Part shown: in pieces, positions 7,943 to 17,270 of the stretch | Layout: each line of letters starts with the position of its first letter | Numbering within the stretch: position 1 is the stretch's first letter | Assembly (NCBI GenBank): GCA_965232515.1 | Contig: CBDDPY010000002.1 | Coordinates: forward strand, 3,424,001-3,488,000 | Reading direction: 5' to 3' | Origin: Alphaproteobacteria bacterium | GTDB lineage: Bacteria > Pseudomonadota > Alphaproteobacteria > GCA-2731375 | Length of the DNA stretch: 64,000 nucleotides | Notes under the pieces: model-generated | What the model was told of the DNA's origin: nothing | Seen by the model: only the letters and a program-made list of their open reading frames with translations | The model's database searches: none | Program-made: the position numbers and the translations under genes

Positions 7943-8791
7943 ATGTTCGAGGTCAATGCGGAGAAGAAATCGTTCACCACTTCGGACGGCGCGCGGCTCA
8001 GCTACCTGGAGGCGGGGTCGGGACAGCCTTTCGTCATGATCCCGGGCTGGTCGCAGACAGCCGAACAGTGGCATCACCAGGTCAATCACTTCTCGAACAC
8101 GCACCGGGTGCTGGCGCTGGACATGCGCGGGCATGGCGACAGCGACAAGCCCGACCACGGCTATCGCGTCTACCGGCTGGCGAAGGATGTGCGCGACGTC
8201 ATCGAGGGCCTTGACCTACACGATGTGGTGCTGATGGGGCATTCGATGGGCTGCTCGGTGATCTGGGCGCTCTACGACCTCTATGGCGCCGACCGGATCG
8301 CCAAGATCGTCTTCGTCGACGAGCCGCCCTCGCTCTCGGACAACCCGACGCTCGACGACCAGACGCGGCCGCAGGCGGGCGCCATCTTCACGCCCGAGGC
8401 CACGTTCGAGACCGCGATCGCGCTCGCGAACGATGCAAACGGCGAGGTCACGACCGGGTTCGTCACCGGCATGTTCACGCCGGACTGCCCGAAAGACATC
8501 GTCGAGGGCAGCATCGCGCTGAACCTGAAATTCCCGCGCGACAAGGCGGCGGCGCTGGTGGTCGACCATGTCCACAACGACTGGCGCGACGTGATGGGCC
8601 GGATCGCGGTGCCGGCGCTCTGCATCGGCGGCCGGATCAGCCTGGTGCCCTGGACGTCCGTGGTCTGGCAGGCCGAACAGATGCCTCACGGCGAGGTCGA
8701 GATCTTCGAAGCCGACGAAGGCGGCGCGCACTTCATGTTCATGGAGAACCCGGAAAAATTTGATGCCCGCGTCGCCGAATTTCTGGGCTGA
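7943..8791 (+). CDS. Alpha/beta hydrolase (non-haem haloperoxidase/esterase-like)
   Basis: IPGWSQ oxyanion loop, DMRGHGDS, GHSMG nucleophile elbow, GAHFMFMENPEKF. Confidence 0.9.
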   Translation: MFEVNAEKKSFTTSDGARLSYLEAGSGQPFVMIPGWSQTAEQWHHQVNHFSNTHRVLALDMRGHGDSDKPDHGYRVYRLAKDVRDVIEGLDLHDVVLMGHSMGCSVIWALYDLYGADRIAKIVFVDEPPSLSDNPTLDDQTRPQAGAIFTPEATFETAIALANDANGEVTTGFVTGMFTPDCPKDIVEGSIALNLKFPRDKAAALVVDHVHNDWRDVMGRIAVPALCIGGRISLVPWTSVVWQAEQMPHGEVEIFEADEGGAHFMFMENPEKFDARVAEFLG

Positions 8792-8951
8792 CGGCCACAG
8801 ATTTGTTGGCCAGCAAGCGGCCAGGCGCCCCTTGCCGGCCACGGCCTGAACCGATCTCAACCCGAATTAACGCATTTGGGCGCACATCCAATGCGATAAA
8901 TGCTCTAGACTGTTGCCATTGAGGGCTCAGCGATTGGCCAGGAGTCGGGCT

Positions 8952-9503
8952 ATGTTCGGGCTTGCGAACTACATAATGATCGCCCTCTTCGTCCTCGTCG
9001 CGGTTGGTCTGCCGACCCCTCCGGCTTGGGCGCAAGACGCCAAGCAATCCAAGCCATTGTTCAGCGTGGACGGATTTGACTACCAGTTCATCCCTCGCGG
9101 GCGAATACACATGAATGTCTGCCAGCAAACGAGCTGTGTTCCCGGGTCCCGGGTCAGCTACACGCTCTATGCGCCGGAACCCAATCCCAGCTTCGAGCAG
9201 TACAAACTTTCACAGGACCGAGTTGCAACACAACTCAGGGCCCGCGCGCCGCAGGGTACGAAGTTTGTATTTGGTACGCCGGAGCAAACGCGGGACGACG
9301 TCTTCACGACCTTCACCAACACAAGGGAGATTCACAATCCCAACGGCACCAAGATGTTCACGAAGTCAACATTGCTGCATGCCGAGGCAGCGACGATCTC
9401 TCTCGTGAGTTCGTCGGAAGATAAAGAAGCGGTCGAAACAAACCGCGCGCTGTTCATGCTCCAACTCATGATCTTGACCGAGCTTGCAAACAAGCAGAAT
9501 TAG
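8952..9503 (+). CDS. Hypothetical exported protein with atypical (lower-GC) composition
   Basis: AGGAG RBS, signal peptide ending AWA-QD, Cys pair VCQQTSC. No family recognised. Confidence 0.65.
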   Translation: MFGLANYIMIALFVLVAVGLPTPPAWAQDAKQSKPLFSVDGFDYQFIPRGRIHMNVCQQTSCVPGSRVSYTLYAPEPNPSFEQYKLSQDRVATQLRARAPQGTKFVFGTPEQTRDDVFTTFTNTREIHNPNGTKMFTKSTLLHAEAATISLVSSSEDKEAVETNRALFMLQLMILTELANKQN

Positions 9504-9527
9504 CGCTGGCACCGTCATGCCAGTTGC

Positions 9528-10313
9528 TCAATCCCTGTCCATGCCGCCGGACGCGTTGAGGCGTTCGGCGGTGATGTAGTCGGGGGCGTCGAGGGCGAGC
9601 CAGCAGACGGCGTCAGCCATCTCGTCCGGCGTCATGCGACGGCCGAGGGGGATGCGGGCAGTGCGCTCGGCCTTGAAGGCGTCGAGGTCGTCGCGGCCCT
9701 CGAGTTCGGCCATCAGGCGTTCGGTACGGTCCTGCAATTCGGTGTCCATCATGCCAGGGCCGATGCTGTTGACCTGGATGTTGTGTGGCGCGAGCGCGAC
9801 GGCGGCCGTGCGGGTGAGCGAATCCACCGCGGCCTTGCTGGCGGCATAGGCCGCGTAGGTCGGGAGCGCCATGCGCGAGGCCGCCGAGGTGACGTTGACG
9901 ATGCGGCCCCTGCCCTGCGCCCGCATCTGCGCGCCGGCCGCGGCGATCGCCAGCGCCACGCCCCGCACGTTGACGAGCAGGCTGCGCTCCCAGGCGGCCG
10001 GCGTCATCTCGAGAAACGCCTCGATCGTGGCGTAAGCCGCTGCGTTGACCAGCACGTCGAGCCGGCCAAATTGCGCCACGGTCGCCGTGACCATGGCCGC
10101 CGGTCCATCGGCGGAACCGAGATCGTAGGTCAGCGCCTGTGCGTCCGTGGCGGCCGAGCGGCAGCGCGCGGCGACCGACTGGGCGCCATCCGAATCCACG
10201 TCCGCGATGGCGATGTTCAGCCCGCGCGCCGCCAGCGCGACGGCGACCGCCGCGCCGAAGCCGTTGGCGCCGCCCGTGACGAGCGCCGTTTGTTTTGTCG
10301 CCTGATCGGTCAT
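9528..10313 (-). CDS. SDR-family oxidoreductase
   Basis: TGGANGFG, LVNAA, YAASK, VNSIGPG. GGAGG RBS before ATG 10313. Confidence 0.9.
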   Translation of the reverse strand: MTDQATKQTALVTGGANGFGAAVAVALAARGLNIAIADVDSDGAQSVAARCRSAATDAQALTYDLGSADGPAAMVTATVAQFGRLDVLVNAAAYATIEAFLEMTPAAWERSLLVNVRGVALAIAAAGAQMRAQGRGRIVNVTSAASRMALPTYAAYAASKAAVDSLTRTAAVALAPHNIQVNSIGPGMMDTELQDRTERLMAELEGRDDLDAFKAERTARIPLGRRMTPDEMADAVCWLALDAPDYITAERLNASGGMDRD

Positions 10314-10446
10314 GGCTTCCTCCGCTGCCGACTGCTGTCGCACAAGAGGATGTTACTTGGTCGACGGCGTTCGCGCCGCCTAGGCTGACAGACGTCAAGT
10401 CCAGTGGCGTTTATCGGAAAACAAGAAGACAGCGGAGGACGTCATC

Positions 10447-11211
10447 ATGACCGCACCTGTACGCCTTTTGCACCACCCGACATCACAGCCCTGTCGGGCC
10501 GTGCATCAGTTCCTGCTGGAGGTTGGCATTCCGTTCGAGCAGGAGGTCGTCAACATCCTGGACGGCAGCAACGAGGCGCAAGACTTCAAGGACAACTACA
10601 ACCCGACGGGGCAGATCCCGATCCTCTGCGACGGCGACTTCGTCGTCTGGGAGAGCGCGGCGATCGCCTTCTACCTGAACGAAAAATACGACGCGCCGGC
10701 GCATTGGTTCGGCGCCACGATGCAACAGCGCGCCCTGATCCAGCAGTATCTGCACTGGCATTCGACGTCGCTCCGCCGCGGCGCCGGGGCGTTTTTCTAT
10801 TCGCACTTCGCGGAATGCATCTGGGGCAAGCACGACTATTCCCGGGAGATCGAGAAAGGCCGGCACGTACTCTACGAGTCGATGGGAATCCTGGACCGCT
10901 GGCTTGGCCACAGCAACTACGTCTGCGGCGACGAGATCAGCTTCGCCGACCTGCAAGGCTATCATGAGTTCGTGTCGCACGCGGCCGGCGAAATCATTCC
11001 CGAGGCGGAATGGCGCAAGCATCCCAACATCAAACGCTGGTTCGACGCCATCTCCGAACGCCCGCATTCGGCTGTTGTTAGCGAGATGATCATGGAGGTC
11101 GGCCGGATGCGGCTTGCGGGCGAGCTCATTCCCATGACGCGCAAGACGTCTCTCGCGAAGGGGACGGAGATTGCCGGCAGCGGGACGACCGGAATCCCGT
11201 ATCTGAACTAG
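10447..11211 (+). CDS. Theta-class glutathione S-transferase, dichloromethane dehalogenase (DcmA)-like
   Basis: HPTSQPCR (catalytic Ser), YNPTGQIPIL, VWESAAIA, YVCGDEISFADL, HEFVSH.AG.IIP, RKT...KGTE, C-terminal GIPYLN. These match the DcmA sequence as I recall it. GGAGG RBS. Confidence 0.85.
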   Translation: MTAPVRLLHHPTSQPCRAVHQFLLEVGIPFEQEVVNILDGSNEAQDFKDNYNPTGQIPILCDGDFVVWESAAIAFYLNEKYDAPAHWFGATMQQRALIQQYLHWHSTSLRRGAGAFFYSHFAECIWGKHDYSREIEKGRHVLYESMGILDRWLGHSNYVCGDEISFADLQGYHEFVSHAAGEIIPEAEWRKHPNIKRWFDAISERPHSAVVSEMIMEVGRMRLAGELIPMTRKTSLAKGTEIAGSGTTGIPYLN

Positions 11212-11319
11212 CGTCTGCCCGAACATTTGCGTTTGTCGCGCCGGCATCGATTTGCCGGACGTCGCGCCATGCGGGATTATAGGCAGGCGATAAAGCAGCC
11301 AAACGGGGGCAAAGCGGCG

Positions 11320-12297
11320 ATGAAACGCAAACACGCGAGCGGCAACGCCGGCAGGCGATCGAAATCGGACCAGCAAATCGCCATTGCGGCCTACGAACAT
11401 CGCCGTGGCGAGGGCAAAGGCGACCAACGGTTTCCGTCGGATCGGGAGATCTCGCTGGATGCCTATGAGCAGCGGCACAGCGAGGCGTCGCGGCCGAAGC
11501 CGGCGCGGCTGAAGGGTAAGATCTATAAGCGCGAACTGACGCGTCTGCAGATCGAGCTGGTGAAGCTGCAGGAATGGATCAAAGACCAGGGTCTGAAGGT
11601 GGTCGTGGTCTTCGAGGGCCGCGACGCGGCCGGCAAGGGCGGCACGATCAAGCGCATCCTGCAGAGCCTGAACCCGCGCATCTGCGACGTGGTGGCCCTG
11701 GGCACGCCGACCGACCGCGAAAAGACGCAATGGTACTTCCAGCGCTATGTGGCGCATCTGCCGGCGGCGGGCCAGATGGTGCTGTTCGACCGCTCCTGGT
11801 ACAACCGCGCCGGCGTCGAGCGCGTCATGGGTTTCTGCACCGAGGAGGAGTATCGCGACTTCCTGCGCTCGGCGCCGGAGTTCGAGCGCATGCTGGTGCG
11901 CTCGGGCATTGTCCTGATCAAATACTGGTTCTCGGTCAGCGACGAAGAGCAGGAACGCCGCTTCAGCGACCGCATCAAAACGCCGACCAAACGCTGGAAG
12001 CTGAGCCCCATGGACCTGGAGTCGCGCAAACGCTGGGTCGAGTATTCGAAGGCCAAGGACGAGATGTTCCAGCACACCGATATCAAGCAGGCGCCCTGGT
12101 ATGTGGTCGAATCCGACGACAAACGGCGGGCGCGGCTGAACTGTATCCGTCACCTGTTGAGCGTCATTCCCTATAAGGATCTGACGCCGGAGCCGGTCAA
12201 GCTGCCGCGGCGGCAACGGGCCGGCGGCTACGTGCGGCCGCCGATGAGCGAGCAGACCATCATCCCCGACCACTATCCGGCGGACGGCGGCCGATGA
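11320..12297 (+). CDS. ppk2: Polyphosphate kinase 2 (class I)
   Basis: FEGRDAAGKGG Walker A, QWYFQRY, FDRSWYNRAGVERVMGF, KRWKLSPMD. Exact start uncertain. Confidence 0.95.
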   Translation: MKRKHASGNAGRRSKSDQQIAIAAYEHRRGEGKGDQRFPSDREISLDAYEQRHSEASRPKPARLKGKIYKRELTRLQIELVKLQEWIKDQGLKVVVVFEGRDAAGKGGTIKRILQSLNPRICDVVALGTPTDREKTQWYFQRYVAHLPAAGQMVLFDRSWYNRAGVERVMGFCTEEEYRDFLRSAPEFERMLVRSGIVLIKYWFSVSDEEQERRFSDRIKTPTKRWKLSPMDLESRKRWVEYSKAKDEMFQHTDIKQAPWYVVESDDKRRARLNCIRHLLSVIPYKDLTPEPVKLPRRQRAGGYVRPPMSEQTIIPDHYPADGGR

Positions 12298-12698
12298 GCC
12301 GGATCGGGGTAAGGGCGCTGGCCGACGCGGCGGCGGCCGAGATCGAGACCTGGACGCTGGACGAAGCGCTGGCCCGGCATGGCGACGACGACATTGTGTT
12401 CGTCGATGTGCGCGACATCCGCGAGGTCTGGCGCGACGGCACCATTGCCGGGGCCTATCATGCGCCGCGCGACATGCTGGAGTTCTGGGTCGACCCCGAC
12501 AGCCCGTACGCCAAGGAGATCTTCCAGAGCGGCAAACGCTTCGCCTTCTTCTGCGCCTCGGGCGACGGCATGCGCTCGGCGCTGTCGGCCAAGGCCGTGC
12601 AGGACATGGGCCTGAAACCTGTCTGCCGCATTCATGGCGGCTTTGCCGGCTGGCGCGGCGCCGGCGGTCCGGTCGAACAGCGCAAGCCGAAAAGCTGA
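12294..12698 (+). CDS. Rhodanese-like domain protein
   Basis: FVDVRDIRE, GTIAGAYHAPR.MLEFWVDP.SPY, FFCASG..RSAL, GGFAGW. ATGA overlap with ppk2. Confidence 0.88.
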   Translation: MSRIGVRALADAAAAEIETWTLDEALARHGDDDIVFVDVRDIREVWRDGTIAGAYHAPRDMLEFWVDPDSPYAKEIFQSGKRFAFFCASGDGMRSALSAKAVQDMGLKPVCRIHGGFAGWRGAGGPVEQRKPKS

Positions 12699-12789
12699 AT
12701 TCCGATAGCGCGCATCGGCCGCGCTTAATGCTAATATTCCGGACAAGTGTTTGGGGCGTGGGGCACGCAAGACCAACCGGGAGACGACA

Positions 12790-14031
12790 ATGCGTAAGAC
12801 GACTAGTTCCCTGACCAACCTTTGGATCACGACGGCGGTCGGCGCCGCCGTGCTGGCGCTGGCGGCGGCCGGACCCGCGGCGGCGCAGGACGTGAAGATC
12901 GGCACGCTGAACGGCATGACCGGCGGCCTCGCCGCCTATGCGCCGCCGATCATCGACGGCCAGAAGCTGGCCGTGACGCATGTGAACGAGCAGGGCGGGA
13001 TCCTGGGCGGCCGCAAGCTGGTGCTGGTGACCGGCGACACCCAGAGCAATCCGACCGGCGCCGTCGACGCGGCGCAGAAGCTGGTTTCCGTCGACGGCGT
13101 GGCCGGCATCGTCGGCGCGCTGGCCAGCAGCGCCACCATCTCGTCGGCGACCAGCGTCACCGTGCCGGCCGGCATTCCGCAGATCTCGCCGGCCTCGACC
13201 TCGCCGGCGATCACGACGCTGGACGACAAGGACCTGCTCTACCGCACCACCGTCAGCGACGCCTATCAGGGCGTGGTGCTGGCCCGCGTCGTGCACAAGC
13301 GCGGCATCAAGCGGGTGGCGATGACGTATATCAACAACGATTACGGCAAGGGGTTGGCCGAGGCTTTCCGCGAGGCCTACACCAAGCTCGGCGGCACCAT
13401 CACCGGCGATCAGCCGCACGAGGAGAACAAGGCCTCCTACCGGGCCGAGCTGGCGACGCTGGCGTCGGGCGATCCCGAGGGGCTGGTGACCATCGCCTAC
13501 CCCGACAGCGGCGGCAAGATCATCATGCGGCAGTCGCTGGAGAACGGCTTCTTCGATCAGTTCATCATGACCGACGGCATGCGCCAGACCGAAGTGGTCG
13601 AAGAGATCGGCGCCGACAACCTGAAGGGCTCGTTCGGCACCGGCGCCGAGGCGCCGGGCGACACGTCTGCCTCGATGGCGTTCGAGAAGGCCTATTCGGC
13701 GGCCTTCGAGACCACCAAGGAGAAGTTCTATATCCGCGAAGCCTATGACGCGGCGTTCATGATGGCGCTCGCCATCGAGAAGGCCGGCTCCACCGACGGC
13801 ATGAAGATCCGCGACGCCCTGCGGCAGGTCTGCTGCGCGCCGGGCGAAAAGGTCGAGCCGGGCCAGTGGGAGAAGGCCCGCAAGCTGATCGCCGACGGCA
13901 AGGACATCGACTATGTCGGCGCCGCCGGCGACCAGGAGTTCGACGGCTCAGGCGACGTCGCCGGCACCATCGGCCACTGGGAAGTCCAGGCCAACGGCGA
14001 CCTGAAGGTGCTGGAGATTTATTCGGACTGA
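12790..14031 (+). CDS. Branched-chain amino acid-type ABC substrate-binding protein (LivK-like)
   Basis: Signal peptide, IVGALASSATI, QISPASTSPAIT, RTTVSDAYQG, NNDYGKGL, YDAAF. Confidence 0.92.
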   Translation: MRKTTSSLTNLWITTAVGAAVLALAAAGPAAAQDVKIGTLNGMTGGLAAYAPPIIDGQKLAVTHVNEQGGILGGRKLVLVTGDTQSNPTGAVDAAQKLVSVDGVAGIVGALASSATISSATSVTVPAGIPQISPASTSPAITTLDDKDLLYRTTVSDAYQGVVLARVVHKRGIKRVAMTYINNDYGKGLAEAFREAYTKLGGTITGDQPHEENKASYRAELATLASGDPEGLVTIAYPDSGGKIIMRQSLENGFFDQFIMTDGMRQTEVVEEIGADNLKGSFGTGAEAPGDTSASMAFEKAYSAAFETTKEKFYIREAYDAAFMMALAIEKAGSTDGMKIRDALRQVCCAPGEKVEPGQWEKARKLIADGKDIDYVGAAGDQEFDGSGDVAGTIGHWEVQANGDLKVLEIYSD

Positions 14032-14070
14032 CCCCATGTAACGACCCTCTCCCTGTTTGTTCGTAGGGTC

Positions 14071-15291
14071 ATGCGTATGTGTTCTTTGTTCAGGGAGGGG
14101 GTCGTCTATCTCGCCGTTGTTCTCTTGCTCGTCGCGACCCAGATAGGGGTGGTGAGCGAGTCGGCGGCGGACGAACCCCCAATCAGCGAAAGCGCGGCGG
14201 TCGAGCGTCTGCTGACCGCCGAGAGCATCGATCCGGACTGGTTCGATCCGGCGTTTCTGGCGCAGATACCGCTGGCGCAGATCGAGGCGATCATTGCCTC
14301 GCTGAATCAACAATATGGCGCCTTCGTTTCAATTGGCATGGAGCGGGGCGGCGGCACGCTGCGGCTGGCCGGCGCGGAGATGCCGGTGCGCGCAGCGTTG
14401 AACGCGCAAGGCCAGTTCATCGGGTTGTTCTTCGGCGTACCGTCGTTGACGGATGCCGGCCCCTCTGAGCTGATCGCGCAGTTCGTCGAGCTCGCCGACG
14501 ACGTATCGGCCTTTGTCCGGCGCGGCGACACGGTGCTGGGCGAACGTGAGCCCGACCGGCCGCTCGCCGTCGGCTCCGCCTTCAAGCTGGCGATCCTGAA
14601 GGCCTATGAGGACCGGGTCGCGGCCGGCGACCTCGCGCGCGATCGCGTTGTCGCCCTGCGGCACACCTGGCGCTCGATCCCGTCGGGCATGCTGCAGGAC
14701 TGGCCCGCGGGCGCGCCAGTGACGCTGGAAACGCTCGCCGGTCTGATGATCGCGATCAGCGACAACACCGCCACCGACGCGATGATCGGCATCCTCGGGC
14801 GCGATGCCGTCGAGGCGGTGTCGCCGCGCAACCGGCCGTTCCTGACCACGCGGGAAGCCGCCCTGATCAAGACCGACGCCCTGCCCGACCTGCGGCGACG
14901 CTACCAAGACGCAGACATGGACGGGCGCCGGCGCCTGCTGGCCGAACTCGCCGCGCGCGATCTCGGCGAGACCAAGGATTTCGGCGCGACGCCGACCGTC
15001 GGGATCGAATGGTTCTTCACGGCGCGCGAGCTCTGCGGCCTGATCGACAATCTGTTCGCGGCGCCGGCCGTGACGATCAATCCCGGGCCGATCGACGCCG
15101 CCGACTGGGTCCGCGTCGCCTACAAGGGCGGCTCGGAGCTCGGCGTGCTCAACTTCACCGCCGCCGCCGAAGGCGCCGACGGCGAGCGCGTCTGCGCCGC
15201 GGTCACGCTCAACACCGACCGCGCCATCGACGAACGGCGCGCCACGGTCCTTTTCGCCAGCCTGTTCGAGGCGCTGCGGTCCGCGGATTAA
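14071..15291 (+). CDS. Exported serine hydrolase of the class A beta-lactamase-like/LpqF type
   Basis: Signal peptide, SxxK (GSAFKL), SDN (ISDNTATD), YKGGSELGV. Confidence 0.8.
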   Translation: MRMCSLFREGVVYLAVVLLLVATQIGVVSESAADEPPISESAAVERLLTAESIDPDWFDPAFLAQIPLAQIEAIIASLNQQYGAFVSIGMERGGGTLRLAGAEMPVRAALNAQGQFIGLFFGVPSLTDAGPSELIAQFVELADDVSAFVRRGDTVLGEREPDRPLAVGSAFKLAILKAYEDRVAAGDLARDRVVALRHTWRSIPSGMLQDWPAGAPVTLETLAGLMIAISDNTATDAMIGILGRDAVEAVSPRNRPFLTTREAALIKTDALPDLRRRYQDADMDGRRRLLAELAARDLGETKDFGATPTVGIEWFFTARELCGLIDNLFAAPAVTINPGPIDAADWVRVAYKGGSELGVLNFTAAAEGADGERVCAAVTLNTDRAIDERRATVLFASLFEALRSAD

Positions 15292-15360
15292 TTCCGGTGA
15301 CAGTAACTGTAACTCACGAGCGAATTAAGGTTACTGTCACCGGAACTTCACCGGAACTTA
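15292..15360. repeat. REP/REPIN-like inverted repeat, copy 1
   Basis: TTCCGGTGACAGTAAC (15292-15307) and GTTACTGTCACCGGAA (15330-15345), plus a partial extra unit, between convergent genes. Confidence 0.8.
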
Positions 15361-16332
15361 GCGATCTGCCGAAGGCCGATCGCCGTCATCCAGGGGGATC
15401 GGTTCGGGCGGGCGCTCGGCGAGGATGCCGCGGCTGAAGCGTTGCAGGATGATCTGCAGAGCGAGGCCGATCAGAAAGACACGGATATAGGCCGAGCGCA
15501 GGGCCCAGTCGCTGGGAAGCTGGCGGGTGACGAGCTCGGTCAGCGACCAGATCGCCCAGATCAGCATCGGCCCGAGGATGGCGCCGCGGTTGTTGCCGCT
15601 GCCGCCGGCGATCAGCATGACCCAGACCAGGAAGGTGACCAGCAGCGGCTCGGTCGATTCCGGTCCGATGAAGCGAATCGAATGCGCCATCAGCGCGCCG
15701 CCGAGGCCCATGATCATGGAGCCGAGCACGAACGCCTCGAGCCGGCGGGCCATGATGTTCTTGCCGGCCGCGCGGGCCGACAGCTCGTTCTCGCGGATCG
15801 CCCGCATGACCCGACCCCAGGGCGAGTTCAGGCCGCGCTGCATGGCGACGTAAATGACGGCGACGATGGCCAGCACCATGAGCAGGAAGGCGAGGTTGTT
15901 CTGGAAGGGCGGCAGGCTCTCGAACGGGCGCGGAATGCCGGGAATGCCGCGCGGGCCGTTGGTCAGCCAGTCCTCGTTCTTGACGATCAGCCGCAGGATT
16001 TCGGCGATGCCGATGGTGGCGATCGCCAGATAGTCGCTGCGCAGCGTCAGGGTCAGCCAGCCGATGAAGGCGGCGACCACGCCCGCGGTCAGCATCGCCG
16101 CGACCAGGCCGACCGGCACCGGCAGCGCGAAGCCGCCGAGATAGTCGGCATGCGCCGGCGTGGTCAGGATCGCGGATGTATAGGCGCCGACGGCGAAGAA
16201 GCCGGCGATGCCGGCGTTGAACAGGCCGGTAAAGCCCCATTGCACGTTGAGGCCGAGACACATCACCGCGTAGATGCCGCCGATGGTCAGCAGGCTGACG
16301 GGATAGGCGAGAAAGGTCGCGAGATCGGCCAT
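15358..16332 (-). CDS. livM: Branched-chain amino acid ABC permease (LivM-like)
   Basis: LGLNVQWGFTGLFNAG, LRSDYLAIATIG, SPWGRVMRAIRENE, GGSGNNRGAILG. Real start MADLA at 16332 (TGATG overlap with livH). Confidence 0.9.
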   Translation of the reverse strand: MADLATFLAYPVSLLTIGGIYAVMCLGLNVQWGFTGLFNAGIAGFFAVGAYTSAILTTPAHADYLGGFALPVPVGLVAAMLTAGVVAAFIGWLTLTLRSDYLAIATIGIAEILRLIVKNEDWLTNGPRGIPGIPRPFESLPPFQNNLAFLLMVLAIVAVIYVAMQRGLNSPWGRVMRAIRENELSARAAGKNIMARRLEAFVLGSMIMGLGGALMAHSIRFIGPESTEPLLVTFLVWVMLIAGGSGNNRGAILGPMLIWAIWSLTELVTRQLPSDWALRSAYIRVFLIGLALQIILQRFSRGILAERPPEPIPLDDGDRPSADR

Positions 16333-17219
16333 CAATAAACCCTTCCCTTGAACAGGCCGCTCGGCCGCCAGAGCAGCATCGCCACCATGATGGCAAACGC
16401 GACGGCCGACTTGTAGGTCGGATCCAAGAGCGGCGTGGTGCCGACCCAGGGATAGGCCGACAGCTCCTCGGCGATGCCGATGACGAGGCCGCCGGCGATG
16501 GCGCCATAAGGCTTGCCGATGCCGCCCAGGATCGCCGCCGCGAACACCGGCAGCAGCATGTTCCAGCCGATCAGCGTGGTGATCTGGGTGTCCATGCCGA
16601 GGAAGACGCCGGCCGCGCCCGCGAGGCAGCCGCCCAGCACCCAAGTCCAGGCGACGATGCGCTCGGTGTTGATGCCGGTGATGCGGGCGAGATCGGGATC
16701 GTCGCTGAGCGCGCGCATGGCCTTGCCGGTCTTGGTCCGGGTCAGGAAGAGATGCAAGGCGACAACGAGCGCGATCGACAGCAGCACGATCCAGATATGC
16801 CGCTCGGCGATGCGCAGGCCATCGAACACGATTGGCTTGCGAAAGCCCTTTTCGTAGACATGGCTGTGCGGGCCCCAGACGAACTGAATGAACGCGCGCA
16901 GCATGAGCGCAACGCCGAAGGACGCGACCAGCACGATGATCGTCGGCCGGTCGCGGAGCGGCCTGTAGAACAGCCGGTCGATCAGGATCGCCATCAGCAC
17001 GACGCCCGCCATGGCGACCGGCAGCGCGGCGTAGACGGTGAAGCCGAGGCCGACGACCAGCGGCAGCGCGACGTAGGCGCCCAGCGTCATCATGTCGCCG
17101 TGGGCGAAATGGGCGAAGCGCAGGATGCCGAAGATCAGCGACACGCCGATGGCGCCCAGCGCATAGATGCTGCCGAGGACGATGCCGGGGATCAGGTAGA
17201 AGTTGATGAATTCGAGCAA
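16332..17219 (-). CDS. livH: Branched-chain amino acid ABC permease (LivH-like)
   Basis: GSIYALGAIGVSL, FAHGD, TKTGKAMRA, AAAILGGIG, RPSGLF. Confidence 0.92.
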   Translation of the reverse strand: MLEFINFYLIPGIVLGSIYALGAIGVSLIFGILRFAHFAHGDMMTLGAYVALPLVVGLGFTVYAALPVAMAGVVLMAILIDRLFYRPLRDRPTIIVLVASFGVALMLRAFIQFVWGPHSHVYEKGFRKPIVFDGLRIAERHIWIVLLSIALVVALHLFLTRTKTGKAMRALSDDPDLARITGINTERIVAWTWVLGGCLAGAAGVFLGMDTQITTLIGWNMLLPVFAAAILGGIGKPYGAIAGGLVIGIAEELSAYPWVGTTPLLDPTYKSAVAFAIMVAMLLWRPSGLFKGRVY

Positions 17220-17270
17220 GGGGGTGGATCCTTATCCTGCTCGAGGTGTTTGCGATAGCGACGTCAGATA

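Noticed and set aside
10483-13419. 978-aa minus-strand ORF
   Set aside because: Antisense to four well-supported plus-strand genes; a typical high-GC shadow ORF.
14071-15291. Antibiotic-resistance beta-lactamase
   Set aside because: SxxK and SDN are present, but the KGG triad, extra N-terminal domain and overall layout fit LpqF-like serine hydrolases. Resistance cannot be claimed from sequence.
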